A stretch of 64,000 nt of DNA from an uncultured Chloroflexia bacterium (GCA_963713095.1 CAVQKK010000005.1:387217-451216); one strand, 5' to 3'. Numbered from the stretch's first letter, positions 38,989 to 48,972 are shown. Program-made: numbers and translations. Notes: a model not told the origin generated them from the sequence alone.

Positions 38989-39936
38989 TCAGCCCGCCGA
39001 CATCGTGAGCGCGCCTTCGGTGTCGCGGCGGAGGACGAACCGCTGGTACGCGAGTGCGACGATAAGCCCGAACAGGAACAGGATCACCGCCTGGGCGCTG
39101 CCATAGCCCATCTGGGTGGTCTTGAACCCGGCCTTGAACATCGAGATCGCCATCGTGTTCGACGCGTGGAGCGGACCGCCGCCGGTCATCACCCACACCA
39201 TGTCGAACAGCTGGAGGGCGCCGATCATCGACAGGAACACCGACACCCGGAGGGTGGGGCCGATCAGCGGCAGGGTGACGTAGCGGAACACCTGCCGGCG
39301 CCCTGCCCCGTCGATCAGGGCTGCCTCCTCGATCTCATGAGGGATCCCCTGGAGGCCGGCGAGCAGCAGAACCATGTGAAACCCGAAGTACTTCCAGGAG
39401 ATGATCACGAACAGCGTGACCATCACCAGCGTCTCGTCGCCCAGCCAGTCCTGGACCCAGCCCCCAAGCCCGGCCGACGTGAGCGCCGAATCGACCAGCG
39501 AGCCGGGCTGGAGCATGAGCCGGAACACGATCCCTGTGATCGCCTCGGACAGCACGTAGGGCAGGAAGAACAGGAGCCGGAACACGGCGCGTCCGGGGAA
39601 TCGACGATTCAGCAGCACCGCGAGCCCGAGGGAGAACGGGATCTGCAGCCCAAGCGAGAGGACGACGATTAGGAGGTTGTTCGCGATCGCGGTGCGGAAC
39701 GCGTCGTTGGCCAGCGCGACCTGGTAGTTCTTGATCCCGATGAAGTCGGTCAGCGGCTCCAGGCCGTTCCACTTGTACAGGCTGAAGTGGGCGGCCTGGA
39801 TCACCGGGACGATGACGAACACGACGTAGAGGGCCAGGGCCGGCAGGAGAAACAGGCCGATCGTGAGCCGGGTCGAGATCTGTCTCGATCGCTGCCGCGA
39901 CCGGGGCAACGCCGCTGCCATCGCCGTCCTGTCCAC
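38989..39936 (-). CDS. carbohydrate ABC transporter permease (MalF-like)
   Basis: EEAALIDGAGRRQVFRYVTLPLIGP loop; 6 TM. Confidence 0.85.
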   Translation of the reverse strand: MDRTAMAAALPRSRQRSRQISTRLTIGLFLLPALALYVVFVIVPVIQAAHFSLYKWNGLEPLTDFIGIKNYQVALANDAFRTAIANNLLIVVLSLGLQIPFSLGLAVLLNRRFPGRAVFRLLFFLPYVLSEAITGIVFRLMLQPGSLVDSALTSAGLGGWVQDWLGDETLVMVTLFVIISWKYFGFHMVLLLAGLQGIPHEIEEAALIDGAGRRQVFRYVTLPLIGPTLRVSVFLSMIGALQLFDMVWVMTGGGPLHASNTMAISMFKAGFKTTQMGYGSAQAVILFLFGLIVALAYQRFVLRRDTEGALTMSAG

Positions 39937-40016
39937 CCTCTTCGGAATCGAGCGGGCCGGCTGGGCCGGCCCGCTCGGTCGTACGAGTCTACGGGTCGCT
40001 GACCCGCGGGCTCACG

Positions 40017-41360
40017 CTACTGGGTTGCCGCCGCGTCGGAGATCGCCTGGCACACCTTGTCGGGAGTGGACTTGCCCAGGAACAGCGCGATCGTCGCGTC
40101 ATTGATGGCCTGGCCCATCGCCGGCGAGGTCGCCTGGTCGAGGTAAAGCTGCATGAAGGTCGCCTGGTCGCGGCCGGCCGCGACCATCTGCAGGTTGGGG
40201 TCGGTGACGCTGCTGCTGGTACCGACCACCGGCGAGAGGCCAACGTTGTCGGTGTTGAGCTTGTTCGCGTTGTCGGCGCTCTCGAAGAACTTGAGGAAGT
40301 CGATCGCCTCGGGAGGGGCGTCCTTGCCCACGGCGATGCCGTTGCCGCCACCCACGCCGTCGGTCGGCGCACCGGCGCCGCCGGCAACGGACGGGAACGG
40401 GAACCAGCCGAGCTTGTCGCCCAGGCCCTTTTTGTCGGCGCTCTGGTCCTGCTGGACCGAGGGCGCCCACTGGCCCATCAGCTCCATCGCAGCCTTGCCG
40501 TTGCCCACGGCCGCCGCCTCGTCGTTGTAGGTCGCCGACTTGTAGCCGGCCTGGTACGGATCGAGGGCGTTGAGGTCGAGGACGGCCTGGCCCGCCTTCG
40601 TGCACGCGTCGGTGTTCCAGTCGGCGCTCTGGATCATCTGCTGGAGCGTGTCACCGCCACCGATCCGGAGCACCAGGTAGGTCCACAGGTGCATCGACGG
40701 CCACTCGTCCTTGCCGGCGATCGCCAGCGGCGCGGTGCCGGATGCCTTGAGCTTGCCGACGTCGGTGAGGAAGTCGGCCCAGGTCGCGGGCGGGGCCGCG
40801 ATGCCGGCCTTCGAGAACAGGTCCTTGTTGTACCAGAACCCGATCATGCCCATGTCCCACGGCACGCCGTACTGCTTGCCGTTATAAGCGTAGATGCTCA
40901 GCGCGCCGGGGTTAATGGTGTCCTTCCAGGACGCGATGTCGGACGTGATGTCCTTGAGCATCCCGGCATCAGCCTGCGCGGCCATGATGCCGCCGCCCCA
41001 GGACTGGAACAGATCCGGCACCTGGCCCGACTGCATCTGCGTGGCGAGCTTGGTCTTGAACGCCTCGTTCTCGAGCACGGTGATGTTGATGGTCACGTTG
41101 GGGTGCAGCGCGGTGTAGGCGGCCGCGATGTTCTGGAAGTCGGTCTTGCCGGGATCAGCCGTGGTGATGTGCCACCACTCGATGGTCACCGGGGCCATGG
41201 CCTCCGTGGACGGCAATTCGGGGGCCATGCTGCTGGCCTCGGTCGTCGGCGCCGTGGTCGGCGGCGCGGTACTCGGGCTGGGGGTCGCGCTGCTGCTGCA
41301 GGCGCCCAGGATGATGGCCAGGACCGCGACCAGGCCACCCACCCGCCGTTGCGATGTCAT
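40017..41360 (-). CDS. sugar ABC transporter substrate-binding lipoprotein
   Basis: ATG 41360 after AGGAGGAGGAG (the ORF-track ATG lies within the RBS); lipobox AIILGACSS. Confidence 0.85.
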   Translation of the reverse strand: MTSQRRVGGLVAVLAIILGACSSSATPSPSTAPPTTAPTTEASSMAPELPSTEAMAPVTIEWWHITTADPGKTDFQNIAAAYTALHPNVTINITVLENEAFKTKLATQMQSGQVPDLFQSWGGGIMAAQADAGMLKDITSDIASWKDTINPGALSIYAYNGKQYGVPWDMGMIGFWYNKDLFSKAGIAAPPATWADFLTDVGKLKASGTAPLAIAGKDEWPSMHLWTYLVLRIGGGDTLQQMIQSADWNTDACTKAGQAVLDLNALDPYQAGYKSATYNDEAAAVGNGKAAMELMGQWAPSVQQDQSADKKGLGDKLGWFPFPSVAGGAGAPTDGVGGGNGIAVGKDAPPEAIDFLKFFESADNANKLNTDNVGLSPVVGTSSSVTDPNLQMVAAGRDQATFMQLYLDQATSPAMGQAINDATIALFLGKSTPDKVCQAISDAAATQ

Positions 41361-41709
41361 CACTCCTCCTCCTGACACTACGCTGCTCCTCCCCGTGCCC
41401 GGGCACGTCTGCGCGCCGCGAGCCCGCCTTCCTGCGCCGGCCGGCCGCCGAGTGGCACCGGTTCGGGCGTGACTTGAGCCGGATCGAGCTGCCGTCGGGA
41501 CCTACGGAACATCCGTGGACCAGGCGGTGCTGATCGCGTTGACCTGGGACGTGAGGGCCACCGGCGATCCCGGTTCGCGGGGGAGGAGACGCCCAACGAA
41601 ACGGGATCGCCGCGGCGCTTCGCAAGAGCTGGAGGGAGACACGCCGGAGCAATCTCCAGAGCCCACGCTCGTCGGTGCACGGCCGGGACCGGCATCGCCT
41701 CCTCCAGAT

Positions 41710-41720
41710 CGAAACTTTCG
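41710..41720. promoter_or_regulatory. palindrome CGAAACTTTCG (candidate LacI-family operator, copy 1)
   Basis: perfect 11-bp odd palindrome in LacI/SBP divergent intergenic region; a half-site CACTTTCGG follows at 41735-41743. Confidence 0.35.
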
Positions 41721-41821
41721 CGTGGCCGGGCGATCACTTTCGGCGACTGTAGGCCTTTCGTCATCCTGCCGTCAACCCCTGGAATTGCGCGGTTGATCTG
41801 CACAGATCACCGGCCGGACGG

Positions 41822-41834
41822 CCGAAAGTTTCCG
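41822..41834. promoter_or_regulatory. near-palindrome CCGAAAGTTTCCG (candidate operator, copy 2, just upstream of lacI-like gene)
   Basis: 10/11 match to CGAAANTTTCG, about 57 nt upstream of LacI ATG 41891. Confidence 0.35.
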
Positions 41835-41890
41835 CTAGACTTGGTGCCGTGGCCTCCATCTCGACGCCCCGCCGCACGTCGGACCGGTCG

Positions 41891-42892
41891 ATGACGATCG
41901 CGCACATCGCCCGCCAGGCGGGCGTGTCCGTGCCGACCGTGTCCAAGGTGATCAACGGCCGCGCCGACGTCTCGGCCGAGACGCGCCGGCGCGTCGAGGC
42001 GGTCATCCGAGAGCACGGATACCAGCGATCGAGCCGGGCCGGTCGATCCACCCCCCTGATCGAGCTGATGTTCCACGAGCTCGAGAGCGAGTGGGCGCTC
42101 CAGATCATCATGGGCGTGGAGCAGGTGGCCTCGGAGCACAACCTCACGCTGGTGCTGTCGGAGATGCAGGGTCGCACGACACCGGCGCGCGGCTGGATGG
42201 ACAACGTCCTCGCCCGGCGCCCCACCGGCGTCATCGCGGTGCTGTCGGACATCAACGACGAGCTCCGTTCCCAGCTGCGGAGCCGCAGCATCCCGCTGGT
42301 GGTCGTCGATCCGACCGGCGAGCCCCTCCATGACACCCCATCGGTTGGGGCCACCAACTGGAGCGGCGGGCTCGCGGCCACGCGCCACCTCCTTGCCCTC
42401 GGTCACCGCCGGATCGGCTTGATCGCCGGACCCGAGCAGATCCTGTGCAGCCGGGCCCGCCTCGACGGCTACCGGGCAGCGATGGACGCGGCCGGTGTGC
42501 CGATCGATCCGGAGCTCATCCGCTACGGCAACTTCCACGTCGAGGCGGGCATCCGCGAGGGCCGCGCGCTGCTCGACCTTCCCGACCCGCCGACGGCGAT
42601 CTTCGCCTGCAACGACCTGCAGGCGCTGGGCGTGTACCAGGCCGCACGGGAGGCGCGCCTCCATATTCCCGACGATCTGAGCGTGGTCGGCTTCGACGAT
42701 CTGCCGGTGGCCCCCTGGGTTGGCCCGCCGCTCACGACCGTCCGCCAGCCGCTGGTCCAGATGGCGGTCGCCGCCACCCGGTTGCTGCTCCGGCTGGCCA
42801 AGGGCGAGCAACCCTCGCAGACGAGGGTGGAGCTCGCGACCGAGCTGATCGTCCGCGAGAGCACCGCGCCGCCCCACCCCACGGAGGCCTGA
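41891..42892 (+). CDS. LacI-family transcriptional regulator
   Basis: MTIAHIARQAGVSVPTVSKVINGRADVSAETRRRVEAVIREHGY HTH; periplasmic-binding-fold C-domain. Confidence 0.85.
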   Translation: MTIAHIARQAGVSVPTVSKVINGRADVSAETRRRVEAVIREHGYQRSSRAGRSTPLIELMFHELESEWALQIIMGVEQVASEHNLTLVLSEMQGRTTPARGWMDNVLARRPTGVIAVLSDINDELRSQLRSRSIPLVVVDPTGEPLHDTPSVGATNWSGGLAATRHLLALGHRRIGLIAGPEQILCSRARLDGYRAAMDAAGVPIDPELIRYGNFHVEAGIREGRALLDLPDPPTAIFACNDLQALGVYQAAREARLHIPDDLSVVGFDDLPVAPWVGPPLTTVRQPLVQMAVAATRLLLRLAKGEQPSQTRVELATELIVRESTAPPHPTEA

Positions 42893-42967
42893 CGGCGCCC
42901 GGTCCCCGGGACGCGGTGCCGGCCGCTGCCGGCACCGCCGTGCAACGCTGACCGTGGGGCCGGTACC

Positions 42968-43951
42968 TCAGGCTGACGGCGCCTCGAGCCCGATCCGGGC
43001 CAGGTAGTCCAGGCGCTCGACCTGGTGCTGCGCCTCGCCTGCGTCGTGGCCGTTGTACGGCCACACCCGGATCTCGGCCGGCCCGCCATATTCATTGAAC
43101 GCGGCGAACACGGTCGAGGGAGGCGTGATCTCGTCCTCCAGCCCCACCGCGAACAGGGCCGGCGCCGTGGCGCGGGCCGCGAGGTGGCGGCCGTCGAAGT
43201 AGTCGAGCGTCGCGAACACGCGCGCCTCGTGGACCCGGTTCACGCGGAGGAACTGGCGGATCTCGTCGTAGGGCGAGGCGTCGGTGATCTCGAGCGCCCG
43301 GCGGAAGTGGCACAGGAAGGGCACGTTCACGAGGGCGGCGGCCGGGTCCGCGAACGCGGCAGCAGCGAGCGCGAGGCCGCCGCCCTGGCTGGTGCCGGCG
43401 ACGATGACGCGGGCGGCATCGACGATCGGATGTGCCCGTGCGGCGTCGACAGCGAGGATCGCGTCCGTCATGAGCCGTCGGTAGTAGTAGGTGACGGGAT
43501 CGAGGATGCCCCGGGTCATGACACCCGCAGCCTGCGGCCCGGTGCCGCTCGGCTCGATGTCGGACGTGTCGCCGCCGAGCCAGCCGCCCCCCTGCCCCCG
43601 GGTGTCCATCACGAAGTGGGCGTAGCCGGCCGACGCCCACAGCAGCCAGTCCAGCGCGAGCCCACGACCGCCGCCATAGCCCACGAACTCCACGACCGTC
43701 GGCAGCGGCTCCCGGGCGCCCCGCGGCCACAGCAGCCAGCCGCGGATCGGTTGGCCGAGGTAGCCGGAGAAGGTCACGTCGGCGACCTCGATCGTCCGCA
43801 GCCGCGCGTCGTGGGCGACGAACGCCGGCGGCCCACCAAGCTGCCGGCTGGCATCCAGCGTCTCCGACCAGAACCGGTCGAGGTCGGCAGGCTCGGATCG
43901 AGGTGGACGGTAGGCGCGCAGCTCGTCGAGCGAGAGGTCGAACCGGGCCAT
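42968..43951 (-). CDS. axe: CE7 acetyl xylan esterase / cephalosporin-C deacetylase-like
   Basis: ATG 43951 (MARFDLSLDELRAYRPP) with GGAGGA upstream; GTSQGGGLALAAAA nucleophile elbow (GxSQG), prolyl oligopeptidase fold. Confidence 0.75.
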   Translation of the reverse strand: MARFDLSLDELRAYRPPRSEPADLDRFWSETLDASRQLGGPPAFVAHDARLRTIEVADVTFSGYLGQPIRGWLLWPRGAREPLPTVVEFVGYGGGRGLALDWLLWASAGYAHFVMDTRGQGGGWLGGDTSDIEPSGTGPQAAGVMTRGILDPVTYYYRRLMTDAILAVDAARAHPIVDAARVIVAGTSQGGGLALAAAAFADPAAALVNVPFLCHFRRALEITDASPYDEIRQFLRVNRVHEARVFATLDYFDGRHLAARATAPALFAVGLEDEITPPSTVFAAFNEYGGPAEIRVWPYNGHDAGEAQHQVERLDYLARIGLEAPSA

Positions 43952-44102
43952 CGCTGGGATCCTCCATGGGCACCGGCGCCGGGCGCCGTCCCGTCCCGAC
44001 CGGCAGCAGCGGGCAGGTGACCCTGGCTGGCCGTCGAGGCAACCTACGATCGCGGCCCGGCGTGTGTCAAGATCGATCGCGGCAAGTTGCGACCCGATCC
44101 GC

Positions 44103-44113
44103 CGAAACTTTCG
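44103..44113. promoter_or_regulatory. palindrome CGAAACTTTCG (candidate operator, copy 3, upstream of GH10 gene)
   Basis: identical to 41710-41720 copy; 38 nt upstream of GH10 GTG 44151. Confidence 0.35.
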
Positions 44114-44150
44114 AGCGCGGGGGTCCGGCGCGTGCCACGGAGGTGGACCA

Positions 44151-45395
44151 GTGGTGCCATCGCGCACTCCCCGGCACCGGATCGCCCAGGTATCGGCCCT
44201 GATCCACGGTCCGGGCGGCCTGCCAATGGCCGGCCGCCCGGTGCGGATCGCCCAACAGCGGCACGCGTTCCTGTTCGGCTGCACGGGTTTCGAGGCCTTG
44301 CCCCTCGCCAACGGCGAGCTGAGCGGTGACCGGCAGCGGATCGCCGAGCGCATCGACGAGCACTGGGTCGAGCTGTTCAACGCGGTCACGCTGCCCTTCT
44401 ACTGGGCGGGGTTCGAGCCCACTCGGGGGGCTCCCGACACCGGGCGGCTGCGCACGGCGGCGCGCTGGTTCCGCGACCGCGGTGCGCTGGTCAAAGGGCA
44501 TCCGCTGTGCTGGCACACCAACACGGCTCCCTGGCTGCTGACGATGACCGACGACGAGATCGAGGCAGCCCAGCTCGAGCGCATCCGGCGGGATGTGACC
44601 GATTTCGCCGGGCTCATCGACACCTGGGACGTGATCAACGAGGTCGTGATCATGCCGGTGTTCGACCGGTACGACAACGGGATCACGAGGCTGGCCAACG
44701 CCCTCGGCCGCGAGGGCATCGTGGCGGCCACGTTCGAGGCGGCCCGGCGAGCCAATCCGGGGGCCTTCCTGCTGATCAACGACTTCGACCTCTCGACGTC
44801 GTACGAGCGGCTGATCGCGGACATCCTCGAGGCCGGCGTCACCATCGATGCCATCGGAATCCAGTCCCACATGCACCAGGGCTACTGGGGCGAGGAGCGG
44901 ACGAGCCGAATCCTCGAACGCTATGCACGGTTCGGCGTGCCCCTCCACTGGACCGAGAGCACGATCGTGTCCGGGGCATCGATGCCCCCCGAGATCGTCG
45001 ACCTCAACGACTACCGGGTCGACGACTGGCCGAGCACCCCCGACGGCGAGGCCCGCCAGGCGGACGAGGTCATCCGTCACTACCGGACCCTGTACGGCCA
45101 TCCCGCCGTCGAGGCGATCACCTGGTGGGGCCTGCCCGACGGTGGCTGGCTCAACGCGCCCAGCGGGCTGCTCCATGCGGACGGGCGGCCAAAGCCCGCC
45201 TACAACGCGCTCCGTGACCTGGTCAGGGGGGAATGGTGGCTGCCGCCGACCGACCTCGTGACCGACGCTGCCGGGCGAGTGCGGTTCGATGGGGTCGCCG
45301 GCACCTACGAGCTCAGGTGCGCGGACGAGGTGGCCACGATCACGGTCGATCACCCTGGTCCGACGGAGATCGTCGTCCGTCCGGGGCGCCGATGA
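44151..45395 (+). CDS. GH10 family glycoside hydrolase (endo-1,4-beta-xylanase-like)
   Basis: GTG 44151 seven nt after GGAGG; GH10 motifs VKGHPLCWHTNTAPW (GHTLVWH-like), TWDVINEV, HWTES (nucleophile region). Confidence 0.7.
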   Translation: MVPSRTPRHRIAQVSALIHGPGGLPMAGRPVRIAQQRHAFLFGCTGFEALPLANGELSGDRQRIAERIDEHWVELFNAVTLPFYWAGFEPTRGAPDTGRLRTAARWFRDRGALVKGHPLCWHTNTAPWLLTMTDDEIEAAQLERIRRDVTDFAGLIDTWDVINEVVIMPVFDRYDNGITRLANALGREGIVAATFEAARRANPGAFLLINDFDLSTSYERLIADILEAGVTIDAIGIQSHMHQGYWGEERTSRILERYARFGVPLHWTESTIVSGASMPPEIVDLNDYRVDDWPSTPDGEARQADEVIRHYRTLYGHPAVEAITWWGLPDGGWLNAPSGLLHADGRPKPAYNALRDLVRGEWWLPPTDLVTDAAGRVRFDGVAGTYELRCADEVATITVDHPGPTEIVVRPGRR

Positions 45396-45835
45396 TGCGT
45401 CCGGTTCCGGAGGTTCGCGGAACCCGGCGGGTGTGCCAGGAGGTGCTCGCCGAGCTCGCCGCCCCCCACCTTCCGGTCACTGACACGGGCGACACACGCT
45501 CGGAGCTGGTTGCGGCCGTCGTCAACCCGGTGCGTGCGCTGACGGATACGCCGTTCGGGCCCGTGATCCGTGCCCCGCTGTCCCAGATCGCGGTCAACCC
45601 CACCCTCGGCGACCCGTCCCGAGCAACCGTGGTGCAGGCACGACGAGACGAGATCGCACGGGTCATCGCCCGTGGCGTAGCGCGCGGCGACCTGCGCCCC
45701 GACGCGGATCCGGACGTCGCGACCGAGCTCCTCGTCGGGCCCTTCCACTTTCGCCTGATGTTCGGCGGCGAGCTCGACCTCACCTTCGCCGAGCGGATCG
45801 CGGACGCGTACCTGCGCGGGGCCGCCCCCAGGTAA
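45392..45835 (+). CDS. TetR C-terminal-domain-like protein lacking HTH (possible remnant)
   Basis: ATG overlaps GH10 stop (ATGA); C-terminal ELLVGPFHFRLMFGGELD..ERIADAYL resembles TetR ligand domain; no N-terminal HTH. Confidence 0.35.
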   Translation: MMRPVPEVRGTRRVCQEVLAELAAPHLPVTDTGDTRSELVAAVVNPVRALTDTPFGPVIRAPLSQIAVNPTLGDPSRATVVQARRDEIARVIARGVARGDLRPDADPDVATELLVGPFHFRLMFGGELDLTFAERIADAYLRGAAPR

Positions 45836-45929
45836 CCGCGGCACCATGGCGCGATCCTTGGTCGCTGCCCGGCTCATGTCCCACCCGGCCGGGTTTGCGG
45901 ACGAGCCTCCCACGCTCGACGATGGGGGC

Positions 45930-47324
45930 ATGCACGACGCCGGGCTGGTCGCGGATCTCGAGCGGATCGTCGGGCCCGACCATGTCCTGGTCGAGCCGGA
46001 GCTGCGTGCGACATTCGAGATCGACTGGACCGGGCGCTGGCACGGCGAGGCGATCGCGGTCGTCCGCCCGGCCACCGTCGACGAGGTTGCGGCGGTCGTC
46101 CGCGCCTGCCGGGATCGCAGCATCGGGATCGTGCCCCAGGGCGGCAACACAGGGCTCGTCGGCGGCGGCATTCCGCGCGGCGAGGCCGTGGTCATGAGCA
46201 CCGCGCGCCTGAACGTGGTCGAGCCGGTCGACGAGGTCGCAGCCGAGGTGGTGGTCGGGGCGGGAGCTTCGCTGGCGCTGGTTCAGCGGCACGCCAGTAC
46301 GGCCGGGCTCGACGTCGGTGTCGACTTCGCGGCCCGCGATTCGGCCACGATCGGCGGCATGATCGCGACCAACGCAGGGGGGATCCACGTCCTCCGGCAC
46401 GGGTCGATGCGTGAGCAGCTGGTCGGGATCGAGGCGGTCCTGGGCAGCGGCACGGTCGTCCGTCGGCTGCACGCACCACGCAAGGACAACACGGGCTACG
46501 ACCTGCCCTCGCTGCTCGCCGGGTCCGAGGGAACGCTCGGCATCGTCACGGCCGCCCGCCTCCGGCTCGTGCCGCGACTCGAGCATCGCTCGCTCGCCGT
46601 GCTCGGCGTGACCGGTGTCGAGGCGGCCGTCGGGATCGCGGCGCACCTGCGCCGGGCGCTGCCAACGCTCCAGGCAGCCGAGCTGTTCCTGGAGGACGGT
46701 CTCGAGCTCGTGGTCCGCCACCGGGATGGCGTGCGCCCGTTCAGCGGACCACAGCCCGCCTACCTGCTGATCGAGGTGGCGGACGTGGCCGACCCGGAGC
46801 CCGGGCTGGTCGATGTGCTGGGTGACCTCGCCGACGCCGACGGCCCGGGGCTGATCGATGCCGCAATCGCCAGCGACACCGTCGCGCGCGAGCGGTTGTG
46901 GCTGCTGCGCGAGGGGCACAGCGACGCGATCGGGCGGGAGGGCGTCCCGCACAAGATCGACGTCGCGCTGCCGGTTGCACGGCTGGCGGCGTTCGTCCAG
47001 CGGGTCGCGGATCGCGTTTCGGCAGTCGCTCCCGGCGCCCGCACGATCGTGTTCGGCCACGTGCTCGACGGCAACCTCCACGTCAACGTCCTGGGCGCGG
47101 ATCCCGCCGACGACACCGTGGATGACGCGGTTCTCGGGCTCACCCTGGAGCTCGGCGGCTCGATCAGCGCCGAGCACGGCATCGGCATCGCCAAGGTCGG
47201 CTGGCTGGCCCGCGACCGCCAGCCCGGCGACCTCGACGCGATGCGAGCGATCAAGCGGGCGCTCGACCCCGACGGAATCATGAACCCGGGGGTCATCTTC
47301 GACCGCCCCCTCGAAGGGGATTGA
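45930..47324 (+). CDS. FAD-linked oxidase (GlcD / D-lactate dehydrogenase-like)
   Basis: FAD-binding PCMH motifs VVRPATVDEVAAVVRACRDRSIGIVPQGGNTGLVGG; start ATG 45930 or 45846. Confidence 0.7.
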   Translation: MHDAGLVADLERIVGPDHVLVEPELRATFEIDWTGRWHGEAIAVVRPATVDEVAAVVRACRDRSIGIVPQGGNTGLVGGGIPRGEAVVMSTARLNVVEPVDEVAAEVVVGAGASLALVQRHASTAGLDVGVDFAARDSATIGGMIATNAGGIHVLRHGSMREQLVGIEAVLGSGTVVRRLHAPRKDNTGYDLPSLLAGSEGTLGIVTAARLRLVPRLEHRSLAVLGVTGVEAAVGIAAHLRRALPTLQAAELFLEDGLELVVRHRDGVRPFSGPQPAYLLIEVADVADPEPGLVDVLGDLADADGPGLIDAAIASDTVARERLWLLREGHSDAIGREGVPHKIDVALPVARLAAFVQRVADRVSAVAPGARTIVFGHVLDGNLHVNVLGADPADDTVDDAVLGLTLELGGSISAEHGIGIAKVGWLARDRQPGDLDAMRAIKRALDPDGIMNPGVIFDRPLEGD

Positions 47325-47384
47325 CGCGCACGGCGCCGCGTGCGATCGTTGCACGCGCAACAACCAGTACCAGAGCCGCGTCCC

Positions 47385-48398
47385 ATGCCCGCCGTCACCG
47401 TCGACGACATCACCGTCCTCCCCCGCATCGCCAACCCTGACCCGGTTGTCGCCCGGCAGCGCCCCGTCCGCCAGCTGACCACGGCTCCCCGCGGTCTCGA
47501 AGGCGAGGGCTTCCCGGTCCGCCGGGCGTTCGCCGGCGTGCTGCTCGAGGACCTCGATCCGTTCATCCACCTCGATCAGATGGGTGAGGTCGAGTACGCG
47601 CCCGGCGAGGCCAAGGGCACGCCGTGGCACCCGCATCGCGGCTTCGAGACCGTGACCTACATGCTCGACGGCGTGTTCGAGCACAGCGACTCGAACGGCG
47701 GCGGCGGCGTGATCACCAACGGCGACACGCAGTGGATGACCGCGGGCGCCGGCATCCTCCACATCGAGCGGCCGCCGGACTGGCTGGTGGCGTCGGGCGG
47801 CCTGTTCCACGGCTTCCAGCTGTGGGTCAACCTGCCCCGGGACCAGAAGCTTGCCGCGCCGCGCTACCAGGACATCCGGGCCGGCGAGGTGGCCCTCGCC
47901 TCATCGCCCGACGGCGGCGCGCTGGTCCGGGTCATCGCCGGCGAGGTGGCCGGCCATCGCGGTCCGGGGTCGACATACACCCCGATGACGCTGGTCCACG
48001 CCACGCTGAGCCCGGGCGCGACCCTGGTGCTGCCCTGGCGCCCCGACTACAACGCCCTCGGCTACGTGCTCGCCGGGCGGGGATCCGTCGGCGCCGAGGG
48101 GCGTCCGGCGCAGCTGGGGCAGCTTGCGGTGTTCGGGCCCGGCAACACGCTGACCTTCGCCGCGGACCGGATCCAGGACTCGCCCGCCCCGACCTTCGAC
48201 GTGCTGATCCTGGGCGGCCGGCCGATCCAGGAGCCGGTTGCCTGGATGGGACCGTTCGTGATGAACACGCGCGAGGAGGTCCTGCAGGCGTTCGCGGACT
48301 ACCGGGCGGGCCGGCTGGGCACGGTTCCGGCCGTGCATGCGGTCGCGGGTGTGCACAACACGCCGGCCTCGTTGCAGGAGACGCGACCGGCCGACTGA
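47385..48398 (+). CDS. pirin-family protein
   Basis: HPHRGFETVTYMLDGVFEHSDSNG cupin motif, two-cupin length; start ATG 47385 or 47340. Confidence 0.8.
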   Translation: MPAVTVDDITVLPRIANPDPVVARQRPVRQLTTAPRGLEGEGFPVRRAFAGVLLEDLDPFIHLDQMGEVEYAPGEAKGTPWHPHRGFETVTYMLDGVFEHSDSNGGGGVITNGDTQWMTAGAGILHIERPPDWLVASGGLFHGFQLWVNLPRDQKLAAPRYQDIRAGEVALASSPDGGALVRVIAGEVAGHRGPGSTYTPMTLVHATLSPGATLVLPWRPDYNALGYVLAGRGSVGAEGRPAQLGQLAVFGPGNTLTFAADRIQDSPAPTFDVLILGGRPIQEPVAWMGPFVMNTREEVLQAFADYRAGRLGTVPAVHAVAGVHNTPASLQETRPAD

Positions 48399-48406
48399 CG
48401 GCCGGT
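48379..48406. terminator. hairpin between convergent genes (9-bp perfect stem GACCGGCCG / CGGCCGGTC, 5-nt loop)
   Basis: spans the pirin stop codon; no T-tract, so only a stem-loop is seen. Confidence 0.3.
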
Positions 48407-48414
48407 CAAGGAGG

Positions 48415-48972
48415 TCACGAAACCGCGCGCTTCCAGCCGCCGGTGGTGTGGTAGCGATCCATCAGCACGGCCACCGCGTCGCGGGCGGCCCGCCACTCCT
48501 CGTGGTCGCCGAGGATCTCCGGATCGCGACCCCAGCGCTGGATCTGGGTCATGGCGGTCACGATCGAGTTGTGCTGCGCGAGTCGGTTTCGGCCGGCATC
48601 GACGACGCCGGTGACGAGGTAGCGACGGACGAGCGAGAAGGGGGCCGACCAGCGGCCGATGCGGATCCGGTCGTGCTCGCGGAGCGTCTCCAGCCAGGCG
48701 TCATCGCCCACCGGGAACCGCTCGTGCTCCTCCACGTGCCGGTTGATGTCGAGCCGGAACCCCGGTTGCGCCACCGAGGGCAGGCGCCCGTCCGGATCGG
48801 TGATCCGATAGCAGACGGGGCATTCGGCAAGACGCGCGGACTCGGGTGGAGCCTCACCGAAGGGGACACCGCAGCGGCGACAGGTCCGCGCACCGGCTCG
48901 GGTGGCGACCGCGCCACACTGCAGACAGACAGACTCGGCGGCTGAAACCGACAACGGGCTCTCCTGGATCAT
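48415..48972 (-). CDS. zinc-ribbon protein of unknown function
   Basis: ATG 48972 (MIQESPLSV..); CLQCG..CRRCG..CPVC Cys pairs; the upstream 94 aa of the ORF is repeat-derived junk. Confidence 0.45.
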   Translation of the reverse strand: MIQESPLSVSAAESVCLQCGAVATRAGARTCRRCGVPFGEAPPESARLAECPVCYRITDPDGRLPSVAQPGFRLDINRHVEEHERFPVGDDAWLETLREHDRIRIGRWSAPFSLVRRYLVTGVVDAGRNRLAQHNSIVTAMTQIQRWGRDPEILGDHEEWRAARDAVAVLMDRYHTTGGWKRAVS

